From Streptosporangiaceae bacterium (lineage in GTDB: Bacteria; Actinomycetota; Actinomycetes; Streptosporangiales; Streptosporangiaceae), in contig JASHQL010000156.1 in assembly GCA_030039155.1 (NCBI GenBank), positions 162-64,161 on the forward strand: a DNA stretch of 64,000 nucleotides. Direction: 5' to 3'. Positions 38,201-45,272 of this stretch are shown here, in pieces. Every line of letters starts with the position of its first letter. Position 1 is the first letter of the stretch. The notes below the pieces were generated by a model. The model was not told the DNA's origin and searched no databases. It worked only from the letters and a program-made list of their open reading frames with translations. Both the position numbers and the translations under genes were made by a program.

Positions 38201-38335
38201 GCCGACCAGATCGCAGAACAGCACAGTGACGGTCTTGCGAATTGTCAGGCCCTGCTCCCGCCGAGCTCGTTCGCCGCACGACGGGCAGAACTTAGCCTTG
38301 GCCGGCAGCTCTGTCAGGCAGGTCGCGCAGAGCAC
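35267..38335 (-). CDS. zinc-ribbon / class III adenylate-guanylate cyclase / AAA(STAND) ATPase / TPR-like multidomain protein
   Basis: GTG at 38335. CATCLTELPAKAKFCPSCG. Cyclase motifs FCDLVGST, YIGDAVMAVFG, GVNTGPVV and GETVNLAARLE. Walker A GDAGIGKSRL and Walker B LVLVLDDMH. Long Ala/Leu-rich helical repeat tail. No C-terminal HTH. Confidence 0.85.
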   Translation of the reverse strand: MLCATCLTELPAKAKFCPSCGERARREQGLTIRKTVTVLFCDLVGSTELSRALDPEPLRELMLRYFDLMSSCIERHGGVVEKYIGDAVMAVFGVPVVHEDDALRAVRAAAQMRQALVGLNAEAAKDLHVTLDVRIGVNTGPVVAAYDLAAAATLVSGETVNLAARLEQHANAGEILLGPLTRKALDGVADQEAAAPLTLKGFAHQITPGRLVSVSDGAPAIPRRFDLPMVNRLDEMAALRHAYSLAVRDCSCQLVTLYGDAGIGKSRLAAEFTAWARSASALVADGSCPGYGTGGSLLALAEAVRKLLAQWDQPTHPDAEVAEALAMLRAGLLADDSPGISPAETVWALRRVLGEIGRGRPLVLVLDDMHMAGQELVNAVNGLAARLSGVAVTVLWLARPETPTQERARNGHRPNARADMLRPLSDDDCRVLAAKLDEVMAHDAELAERAVARAEGNPLYLEQVINVARSGTSEAMPVSINGLISYRLDLLATSERRILGLAAVVGRDFTAAELAAIAEDDLAARLAKGLAALVQRRLIRQIAAWPAATYRFDSALIHEVAYDSMPKGWRAAGHERLAAWLSASGGDAEIAGTHWERAWLLGREVGTPEATRSQLADRAIDALRSAGNRALGSGDPRHASGLLGRALQLCAADDQRLAELLLRAGEAALMAGEIEAGRRDLAAARDRALAGHNPAIKAHAEMQLAYLGQPRQFSASVKAARQALPVFEQAGDYLGVARAWLRIGVAKQSKGRHASAVRALSLALDQAIRLDAALEQATVLGALGVSLWAGPLAAAQAIARCRDLLGAHAVTHRTVRAALLCPLAMLAAMAAEHDQAHAFLVEAGHIVSGLDNARAHVALPIFVGATRLMAGDLESAESIVRRAYIDSKDLGDLQLTETAARDLARIQLLRGHLAEAAELAFAPVSDDMPAAAADRRGVQARTMARQGLTHEVGQLSALALAASRRTDSPEVRATACLDTAIALHDLGDRAGSADMARQAATWFSRKGHVVGVGWARQLLEGR

Positions 38336-38363
38336 GTCGGCTTCGCCTCTCGGTCGTCCGGCG

Positions 38364-39209
38364 TTACAAGAAGAGGCCGCCGGCGACGTCGCCGGAATGC
38401 GCCACGACGTCTGCACGGCCGGCTTGAAACTGCTCGATGTCGGCCAGCACCGCAGCCTCGCCATCAGACAGGCCGGGAAAGCGCGCCCTGGCGTCAGCTA
38501 TGGCTTCCTTCCTGTGCACCGCTATCTCGTCGGCGGGACTCCCGGCTGCGGGTTCGACGCTTGCCAGCTCAGCAAACAGCGCAATCGCCTTGCTCGCCGT
38601 GTGCAAAGCGCTGAACCCGACCAGTGCGCGCAGCCGCGGTTCAAGGGTCAACCGATCGAGCAAGGCGAAGACCGCTTGCCCGTGTGCTGCATCAGATGCC
38701 GAGTGCCCCGATAGGGCAGCCGTCACATCCTGGCGGCCGGTGGCGGCGCGGATGTGCTCGAGTAGCTGGTCTGCCGGGGGGTTGCCCTCAAGCACGGCGA
38801 GGCAGCCGAGCAGCGCGACCGGATGAACGTCGGCGATCAGCTGATACTGTGCGCCCAGCAGGTCGGTGATCGCCGGCGTCGGCAGCGCGCCGGTCGCCCG
38901 CGATGGGTCCTGGCCTAGCGCGGTCAGGTCGGCGATCACCCACCGGTCGTGACCCCGTTCCTCGCGGACGTGCTGGGTGAAGAAGCCGACAAGCGGCCCA
39001 TTGAGCTTGTCGCCTGGATGTTGCAGACATTGGCGACGAGCGAATCTCAGCAGCGGGACGGCAGCTCGCGCGACCGGATACATGGCGGTGAGGTAGCGAG
39101 CATACGCTGGAGCCAGATCTGGGCTGCGCCAGAACAGATCTGCGGCAATATCAATTGCCGGACGAGCTAGATCGATCTTAGCTCGCAGAATCTCGCCTTC
39201 TCCGGTCAC
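38364..39209 (-). CDS. heme-oxygenase-like iron-containing redox enzyme family protein (TenA/PqqC/HDO fold)
   Basis: GTG at 39209. The HVREERGHDRW motif (E-x2-H type metal ligands) and all-helical composition are typical of the Haem_oxygenase_2 / iron-containing redox enzyme family. Confidence 0.65.
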   Translation of the reverse strand: MTGEGEILRAKIDLARPAIDIAADLFWRSPDLAPAYARYLTAMYPVARAAVPLLRFARRQCLQHPGDKLNGPLVGFFTQHVREERGHDRWVIADLTALGQDPSRATGALPTPAITDLLGAQYQLIADVHPVALLGCLAVLEGNPPADQLLEHIRAATGRQDVTAALSGHSASDAAHGQAVFALLDRLTLEPRLRALVGFSALHTASKAIALFAELASVEPAAGSPADEIAVHRKEAIADARARFPGLSDGEAAVLADIEQFQAGRADVVAHSGDVAGGLFL

Positions 39210-39406
39210 CGGATGCCGACCTCACTACGCAGCCATGCCGATGAGACTGCATGTGGACTTTGTCGGCAGCGTATGAAATGTCGAGGCAGCGAAACTATCG
39301 GCCAATTGGCGGATTTCCGCAGAACAGTGTCCCCCCAGGCGGGGCGCACTCTCGGCCAGGTGGCGGGGGTCGGAACGGGGCCGGATGGGCCTGACAGCTA
39401 GCCTGA

Positions 39407-40042
39407 CTACTCGTCGGGCGCAGTCCTCATTATGATCTCCAGCCGACTATGCAGGCCTAACTTATCGAGGATGCTTTCGATATGGGACTTGACTGTTGAC
39501 CGCGCGATGGAAAGCGCATCAGCGATCTGCGGGTTCGTCATCCCGAGCCGCACCAGCTCAAAGACCTCCCGCTCCCGTCTGGTGAGCTTCCTGCCTGCGT
39601 TGTCCCGGTCGCTGTCAATCTCATCGAGGACGGCGGCGTGGGCGAGTACCTCGTCGACGCCATCGCGCGGAAGCGGCATGTAGCCCGCCATCATCAGTGA
39701 GGCCATGGCGGCCAGGTGACTGGACACCACCTTGCTTCTGATGATGACGCACAGTCCGCTGCGGATGAGTTTCGACGCCCAGTCGCTGGTGCTGGCAACC
39801 AGCACCAGCACTGGCACCGCCACGGCCTTGTCGGCGAGACTGAGCCGAAACAGCGAACCCGCAGTCTCCGCGGTAATCGTCTCCAGGCAGATGACATACA
39901 GGTCCGGTCTTGGCAAATCTGACAGTGGATCGATATTGCGGTCGGCAGCAACGACCTGGACCGCAACGTCGCTGACGCTGGCAAGGGCGTTCTGAACGCC
40001 GCTGAGAACGAACTCATCGTCCCCAGCGACGACTATGCGCAT
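39407..40042 (-). CDS. LuxR-family regulator with atypical receiver-like N-terminal domain
   Basis: RBS GGAGGAGG upstream of ATG at 40042. C-terminal HTH LTRREREVFELVRLGMTNPQIADALSIARSTVKSHIESILDKLG. N-terminus MRIVVAGDDEF is receiver-like. Confidence 0.85.
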   Translation of the reverse strand: MRIVVAGDDEFVLSGVQNALASVSDVAVQVVAADRNIDPLSDLPRPDLYVICLETITAETAGSLFRLSLADKAVAVPVLVLVASTSDWASKLIRSGLCVIIRSKVVSSHLAAMASLMMAGYMPLPRDGVDEVLAHAAVLDEIDSDRDNAGRKLTRREREVFELVRLGMTNPQIADALSIARSTVKSHIESILDKLGLHSRLEIIMRTAPDE

Positions 40043-40152
40043 CCCCTTCCGCCTCCTCCCCGTTTCCGGGTCAGCGAGTGACAGCGGGTGTTGCTAGCAG
40101 CATTCCTCCGTCGTGCCTATAGCCAGCTTGCCATCGGCAAGCATTCCGTCAA

Positions 40153-40169
40153 TACCGCCACTGGCGGTA
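40153..40169. promoter_or_regulatory. perfect 17-bp palindrome, candidate operator
   Basis: TACCGCCA-C-TGGCGGTA. Lies about 110 nt upstream of the LuxR start and just downstream of the MFS stop. The one-base centre is too small for a hairpin loop. Confidence 0.35.
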
Positions 40170-40201
40170 GCAATCCCGGCAATATAGCCTATATCATACG
40201 T

Positions 40202-41464
40202 TTAGGTAACAGCTTCCGGCTGCCCGCGCTGCTTCTTCTGCTCCGATCTCAACGTGCTGAGCTTGCGGGAGGCCAGCACGGCTGAGGCCATGGCTACTGC
40301 GACCGCGGCCACCCCGGCGATGACGAACGTTGGCCGCGGACCGAATGCCTGTCCTATCGTGCCGCCAAGCACCAGGGCCACGACCATGCCGACCTGAACA
40401 AGGCCATTGAGCGACGCGATTGCCTTGCCCCGGTCCGCCTCGGGAGTGCGGCCGATCAGCACCGCACCGAAAGTGGCGTTGAGCGCGGTATTCGCCAGGC
40501 CGATGAGGAGGCCGAAGCAGAGGTAGACCGCGAAGTCCGGGGACAGGCCTGCGCCGATGCAGCCGAGCCCGACGAGCGCGAATCCAGCGAAGGTGATGGT
40601 CACTTGCCACGTGACCGCCTTGGCCCTGGCCGCGACCACCGAGCCAGCCACTCCGCCGACCGCCGCGGCGATCTCCGATAGTCCGTACAGGGACGCAGAG
40701 GTATGCAGGGACACGCGGACGAGGAAGACATCGACGACGTTCACGCCGCCGATCACCACGATCGTCGCGGTGAGTGCCCACATCATCGGCCAGACTATTG
40801 CGTCCTGCCTGATCGCGGAGAAGCCAGCAAACACCCTGGTGAAGGCTCTGGCGGCAGACGGCCGAGTGATGCCTTCCCGGTGTCCGGAGCGACGGGTTTG
40901 CACCAGCATCGCAGCGCAGGTCAGCAGCGCAAACGTAGCGGTGTCGACGAGCACGGCGGTGCGCATGCCAGTCAGTCCGAACAGCAGCCCGCCCAGGCCG
41001 GCACCGGCTGGGGCACCGACCGCGGCAAGACCGGACTGCAAGGCCACGAAGCTGCCGATCTTGTCTTCGCCCACGACTCTGGGCATCAGCGCCGTCCAGG
41101 TGGGCACAGTGAACGCCTGGCCAACCTGGATGGCGAAGACGAGCAGGAATACCGCGACCAGGTCGGAGGTGAAGGCAAGCGCGCAGCAGGCTAGCGTCTG
41201 CGCCGCCGTCGCGATGGCGAGCACGGTCCTGGAGTCGTAGGTGTCCGCAACATGGCCTGCGATACCTATCAGCAGCACCAGTGGCAGTGACTCCACGCCC
41301 AGCATCACTGCCACTGGCCAGATACCGATATGGGCACGCTCGAGGTACAGCAGCAACACGATGGCCAGCACGCTGTCCCCGAGCAGCGAGACGGCACGCG
41401 CCGGTACCACGATCCGGACATCGCGGATGCGCCAGAGCTGTCGTGGCGGGGCCTGCTCGGTCAC
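40202..41464 (-). CDS. MFS transporter
   Basis: GTG at 41464, 9 nt after RBS GGAAGGAG. About 12 hydrophobic helices, for example LLGDSVLAIVLLLYL and GVAAVAVAMASAVLA. Confidence 0.8.
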   Translation of the reverse strand: MTEQAPPRQLWRIRDVRIVVPARAVSLLGDSVLAIVLLLYLERAHIGIWPVAVMLGVESLPLVLLIGIAGHVADTYDSRTVLAIATAAQTLACCALAFTSDLVAVFLLVFAIQVGQAFTVPTWTALMPRVVGEDKIGSFVALQSGLAAVGAPAGAGLGGLLFGLTGMRTAVLVDTATFALLTCAAMLVQTRRSGHREGITRPSAARAFTRVFAGFSAIRQDAIVWPMMWALTATIVVIGGVNVVDVFLVRVSLHTSASLYGLSEIAAAVGGVAGSVVAARAKAVTWQVTITFAGFALVGLGCIGAGLSPDFAVYLCFGLLIGLANTALNATFGAVLIGRTPEADRGKAIASLNGLVQVGMVVALVLGGTIGQAFGPRPTFVIAGVAAVAVAMASAVLASRKLSTLRSEQKKQRGQPEAVT

Positions 41465-41516
41465 CTCACTCACCTCCTTCCTGGCCGGTCCGGCCGGGTC
41501 GCGGTGCCGAGCGGCT

Positions 41517-43475
41517 TCAGGGCACCGGCAGGTAGTCCGGCCGCCGTGCCAGCAGTGACCGGGCATCCGCCAGGTCAGCCGGTGAACCGGGCAGTACGCT
41601 CGAGATCGCGCGATGACGGATGGTGGCTAGCTCTAGGCAGTAGTCCTCCAGCAAGCCTGGGGGCAGCGACTTGGGGACCACGGGCGTGTAGTTGACGATC
41701 AGCGAGAGGATCCGGTCATCCACCTCGAGCAGCCAACCGATGTCCAGCAGCCCGGCTAGGGCTTTGACGCCAGCATCCCCTGCCCCGTCAAGCAGGTCGG
41801 CACGGCGCACACCGCGGTCGGACCGCTGGACGAGGTCAAGCTCGAGCGGCTCGAGGCAGCGCCGTGCCACCAGCGCGCCTGGCCTGGTATCAAACACCTG
41901 GCATCCGTCTGGCGTCTCGGCGCGCAGCAGTGCGCTGCCCGGATACTCGTCGCGCCACTCCTGCACGATCGAGTTCAGCACTACCCCATACTCTTCAGGG
42001 TTGTTGCCGTCGTCCGGTTCGAACTCAAAGTAGTAGGCCAGGTCGTCCAGTGCTGAGTCCGGCAGGCCGTAGACGAGCCGGTAAGCCCTGGACGGCCTGC
42101 GGTTGGCGACCCCCAGGGCCTTCCCGTCAAAGTGCAGCGGGCTGAACCGGTCCAGGCGCACCCGCCCGCCGGCTTCCGGCGGCTGCAGGTGGAAGAGTCG
42201 AGGCAGCATGCCGAACATTTGCAGGTAATCCTGCTTGCGCTCACGCGGGAACCCGTACAGCAGGTTCCAGGTCGCGGCAATGCCCAGCTCCTCTCCCCAT
42301 TTGAGCAGCCGGATGTTGTGGTACGCCTGCACACCCTTGCGCATGAGCATGAGCACCGGCGTGCTCATGCTCTCAATCCCCGGCTGAACGCTGCGGATGC
42401 CCGCCCGGCGCATGAGCACCAGCTGATCCCTGGTGACCTTGGACTTGATCTCATAGAACAGGTGCGCAGAGTGCTCGCGTTTGGCCAGTTCCGGTAGCAC
42501 CGTGCGGAAGTAACGGAAATCAAGGATGTTGTCCACCGCGTGTACGTTCTGGATACCGTACGAAAGCGCGGCGTGGATCTCCCGCAGCACATTGTCCGGG
42601 CTCTTGCTGCGGAACTGGAGGTTCTCTCCGTTCAGCCCGCAGAAGGTGCAATGCTGCTGCGCCCCGTACCAGCAGCCCCGGCTGGTCTCGATCGGGATCA
42701 GCAGCTCTGACTCCGCTATGCCGAGGTCGGCGCGGGCGAGCTGGCCAAGCCAGTCTTCAAACCGCGGCTGCGGCAACGCGTCCAGGTTCTGTGGCGGAAC
42801 AGGCCTGGCAACGCTCGGATGCGCGCGGGACAGCATCCCGGGGATGGCCGTGGCGTCGTCGGCGTGCCGTGCGATGGCGTTCGCCAGATTGAGCAGCGCC
42901 TGCTCGCCTTCGCCTGGGCAGACGTAGTCCACCCAGGGAAAGAGTCGCATCACGGCCGCGCCCATGCCCGCTTCGCAGGAGGCGCCGCCGAGCACAACCG
43001 GCACGCTCGGGTTGGCCGCCTTGAAATAGCGGGCCATCGACAGACTAGGCGCCAAGTTGAAGGTGGTGCTGAAGCATACGAGGTCGAAGCGGCGGTCGAT
43101 GATCTTCCGGCTCTCGGTACTGACGAGGTCGCGTGCCTCCGCCACCAGCGCAGGCAGGAGCTGCCCGATCCACGGGGGAACCCGCTTCCAGGCCGAATAG
43201 CGCGCTAGCTCCTCAGGGCTAGGCTCCCGGTCCTGCCCATCAGGATCCAGCCAGACCGGGGCGAACACGAGGTCGCTGAGGAGAATGTCGGCAGGCAGCC
43301 GCTCAGAGATCGTGGTGTAGAGGTTGACGCCGATGCGGCGGGCGAACTTCATGTTCAGGTAGCTGATTTCGACTATGTGGCCGTGCTGCTCGAGCACCGC
43401 TCGCAGCAGGCTCGGGCCGAGCGCGGGCCTGCGGACAGCCTGGAACGGCATCTGCGGGAACAAGATCCTGGTCAT
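41517..43475 (-). CDS. B12-binding-domain radical SAM enzyme, RiPP-maturation type, paralog 2
   Basis: MTRILFPQMPFQ, VVLGGASCE and GCWYGAQQHCTFCGLNG. Collinear similarity to 27834..29843 along the whole length. Confidence 0.85.
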   Translation of the reverse strand: MTRILFPQMPFQAVRRPALGPSLLRAVLEQHGHIVEISYLNMKFARRIGVNLYTTISERLPADILLSDLVFAPVWLDPDGQDREPSPEELARYSAWKRVPPWIGQLLPALVAEARDLVSTESRKIIDRRFDLVCFSTTFNLAPSLSMARYFKAANPSVPVVLGGASCEAGMGAAVMRLFPWVDYVCPGEGEQALLNLANAIARHADDATAIPGMLSRAHPSVARPVPPQNLDALPQPRFEDWLGQLARADLGIAESELLIPIETSRGCWYGAQQHCTFCGLNGENLQFRSKSPDNVLREIHAALSYGIQNVHAVDNILDFRYFRTVLPELAKREHSAHLFYEIKSKVTRDQLVLMRRAGIRSVQPGIESMSTPVLMLMRKGVQAYHNIRLLKWGEELGIAATWNLLYGFPRERKQDYLQMFGMLPRLFHLQPPEAGGRVRLDRFSPLHFDGKALGVANRRPSRAYRLVYGLPDSALDDLAYYFEFEPDDGNNPEEYGVVLNSIVQEWRDEYPGSALLRAETPDGCQVFDTRPGALVARRCLEPLELDLVQRSDRGVRRADLLDGAGDAGVKALAGLLDIGWLLEVDDRILSLIVNYTPVVPKSLPPGLLEDYCLELATIRHRAISSVLPGSPADLADARSLLARRPDYLPVP

Positions 43476-43495
43476 CGCTCCATCGCTGCTGCACG

Positions 43496-45268
43496 TCAGA
43501 CCGCGTCCGCGAGCTGTGGCACGCGGATGCGTCGCACTGTCTTCTTCTTCGTGTCGGCTGAGTAGAGCCAGTGACCGCGGCGGGCGGCCTCGAGATCGGC
43601 AAGCGGCCTGGTATCGAGGCCGGTGCAGTCAAGCCAGCTGAGCAACGGCGTCTGCGGATCGAGCAGCACGCTGACACCAAGCCAGTGCTCGAATTCCAGG
43701 ACCTGCAGCAGGACCTCGGTTCGTTCCTGGCCAAGGCCGAGGTGGCCGAGGAACTGCCGGAGCTCCGCATACACGCGCGATGCGCCAGTGGCCGGGTCGA
43801 ATGCCTGGGTAGCCGCAGACGGCGTGCCGCGCTCCTCGTGCCGCACCCAGCGCACGAACTCGGTGCCGAGCTCCGGGCCGAGCAGATCCCAGAGCAATCG
43901 CAGAGTGTTTCCGAACGGTCCCAGGTGCAGGATGAACCAGTAGATGTATCGGTAATGCGCGCGCGAGGTGTACTCGTTGGGAAAGTAGTAGAAGCTGCTG
44001 AAGATTCTTGGGTACCGGCGGATCTGCTCTTCCTCCCATGGCGTGACGGTCCACATGACCGCTACATCATTCAGGCGGCCGTCGAACTGCAACTGGTCTT
44101 CGTACTCGGCGGTCAGCTCGGTGCCGGCTAGCGGCGACAGTGAGTGAACTTGAACGTTGCGCATGGCCGGGCGCCACGAGCGAAATTCGAAGTAGAGATT
44201 CAGCGTGTCGGCAAGGTCGTCCGGGGTCTCGGCTGGGAAGCCGATGATCAGCGAGGCAGTTACGCCGATCTGGCGCTCCCACGCGGACCGCACCGCGATC
44301 TTGATGTCCGCTACCTTCAGGCCCTTCTTGATGGCCTGCTGCATGTTTTCCGAGCCCGACTCGACGCCGAAGAAGATCCGGCGGCATCCGGCTTCGTACA
44401 TCAGGTCAAGCAGGCTGTCGTCGATCCGGTCGGTGCGGGCACTGCACGCCCAGTCAAGGTGGAGATCTTCGCTGATCAGCCGTTTGCAGAGGTCCGCTAC
44501 CAGCCTGCGGTTCGTCGTGAACATGTCGTGCACGAACTCGAAATGGCTGCTGGCATGCTGCTCTCGCACCTTCTGCAGCTCGGCGATGATCATGTCGGCG
44601 CTGCGGAAGCGGAACCGGCGCTGGAAGAAAACCTTCGTCGAGCAGAACGTGCACTTATACGGGCAGCCGCGGCCGATCTCGACCGAGACTCCGCGGGCCC
44701 CCCCGTCAATTGGCGGTGGTGTGAGCGTGTAGTCGATGGGCCGGATGTCGTCGGCATCGATCAGCTGCGCTGGCTGGAGCTGCAGCGGGAGCAGCGTCAG
44801 GCGCGAAGCGCCTGGCGGGATGTAGATAAGGCCGGGGCGCACTGAGCGCTGACCGGTCGTGATCGCTTCCCAGAGGAACGTCACGACACTTTCCGCCTCG
44901 CCGATGACGATTCCGTCGATGAATTCATAGGCGGCCATGAGTTCACCGGGCACGCTGCTGGCCTGGGGCCCGCCGAGCACGACAGGCAAGCGGGGATGAA
45001 GTTCCTTGATCCGTTTCGCCAACGTCAGTGTCCGGGGCAGCGTGCCGCAGATCGTGCCAAGGCCAACCAGCCCAACATCCGGGCCGATGTGCAGGCCCGC
45101 AAGGAACTCTTCGAGATCGGTGTTGTCGGATGGCAGATAGTGAATGTCGACAGTCAGTCCGTGGTCTTCTTTGAGAATCGTGCCGACGACCATGACGCCC
45201 AGCGGCATCTCAGCCTGAAACTCGTCAGCTGTGCTGTTGACGAGTATCGCTCTGCTGCTGGGCGTCAC
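43496..45268 (-). CDS. class-B (B12-binding) radical SAM enzyme, distinct subfamily
   Basis: GTG at 45268, 4 nt after the upstream stop. B12-domain pattern PVVLGGPQAS. Canonical cluster GRGCPYKCTFCS. Confidence 0.85.
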   Translation of the reverse strand: MTPSSRAILVNSTADEFQAEMPLGVMVVGTILKEDHGLTVDIHYLPSDNTDLEEFLAGLHIGPDVGLVGLGTICGTLPRTLTLAKRIKELHPRLPVVLGGPQASSVPGELMAAYEFIDGIVIGEAESVVTFLWEAITTGQRSVRPGLIYIPPGASRLTLLPLQLQPAQLIDADDIRPIDYTLTPPPIDGGARGVSVEIGRGCPYKCTFCSTKVFFQRRFRFRSADMIIAELQKVREQHASSHFEFVHDMFTTNRRLVADLCKRLISEDLHLDWACSARTDRIDDSLLDLMYEAGCRRIFFGVESGSENMQQAIKKGLKVADIKIAVRSAWERQIGVTASLIIGFPAETPDDLADTLNLYFEFRSWRPAMRNVQVHSLSPLAGTELTAEYEDQLQFDGRLNDVAVMWTVTPWEEEQIRRYPRIFSSFYYFPNEYTSRAHYRYIYWFILHLGPFGNTLRLLWDLLGPELGTEFVRWVRHEERGTPSAATQAFDPATGASRVYAELRQFLGHLGLGQERTEVLLQVLEFEHWLGVSVLLDPQTPLLSWLDCTGLDTRPLADLEAARRGHWLYSADTKKKTVRRIRVPQLADAV

Positions 45269-45272
45269 CTCG

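Noticed and set aside
39213-39401. 62-aa plus-strand ORF in the LuxR / heme-oxygenase-like intergenic region as a second precursor peptide
   Set aside because: It is on the opposite strand to the whole cluster, has no RBS, and has Arg/Gly-rich composition. It is more likely non-coding regulatory DNA.
40194-41240. ORFs 40194..40781 (-) and 40557..41240 (+) inside the MFS transporter gene
   Set aside because: These are alternative-frame or antisense readings. The 40202..41464 frame gives a regular series of transmembrane helices.
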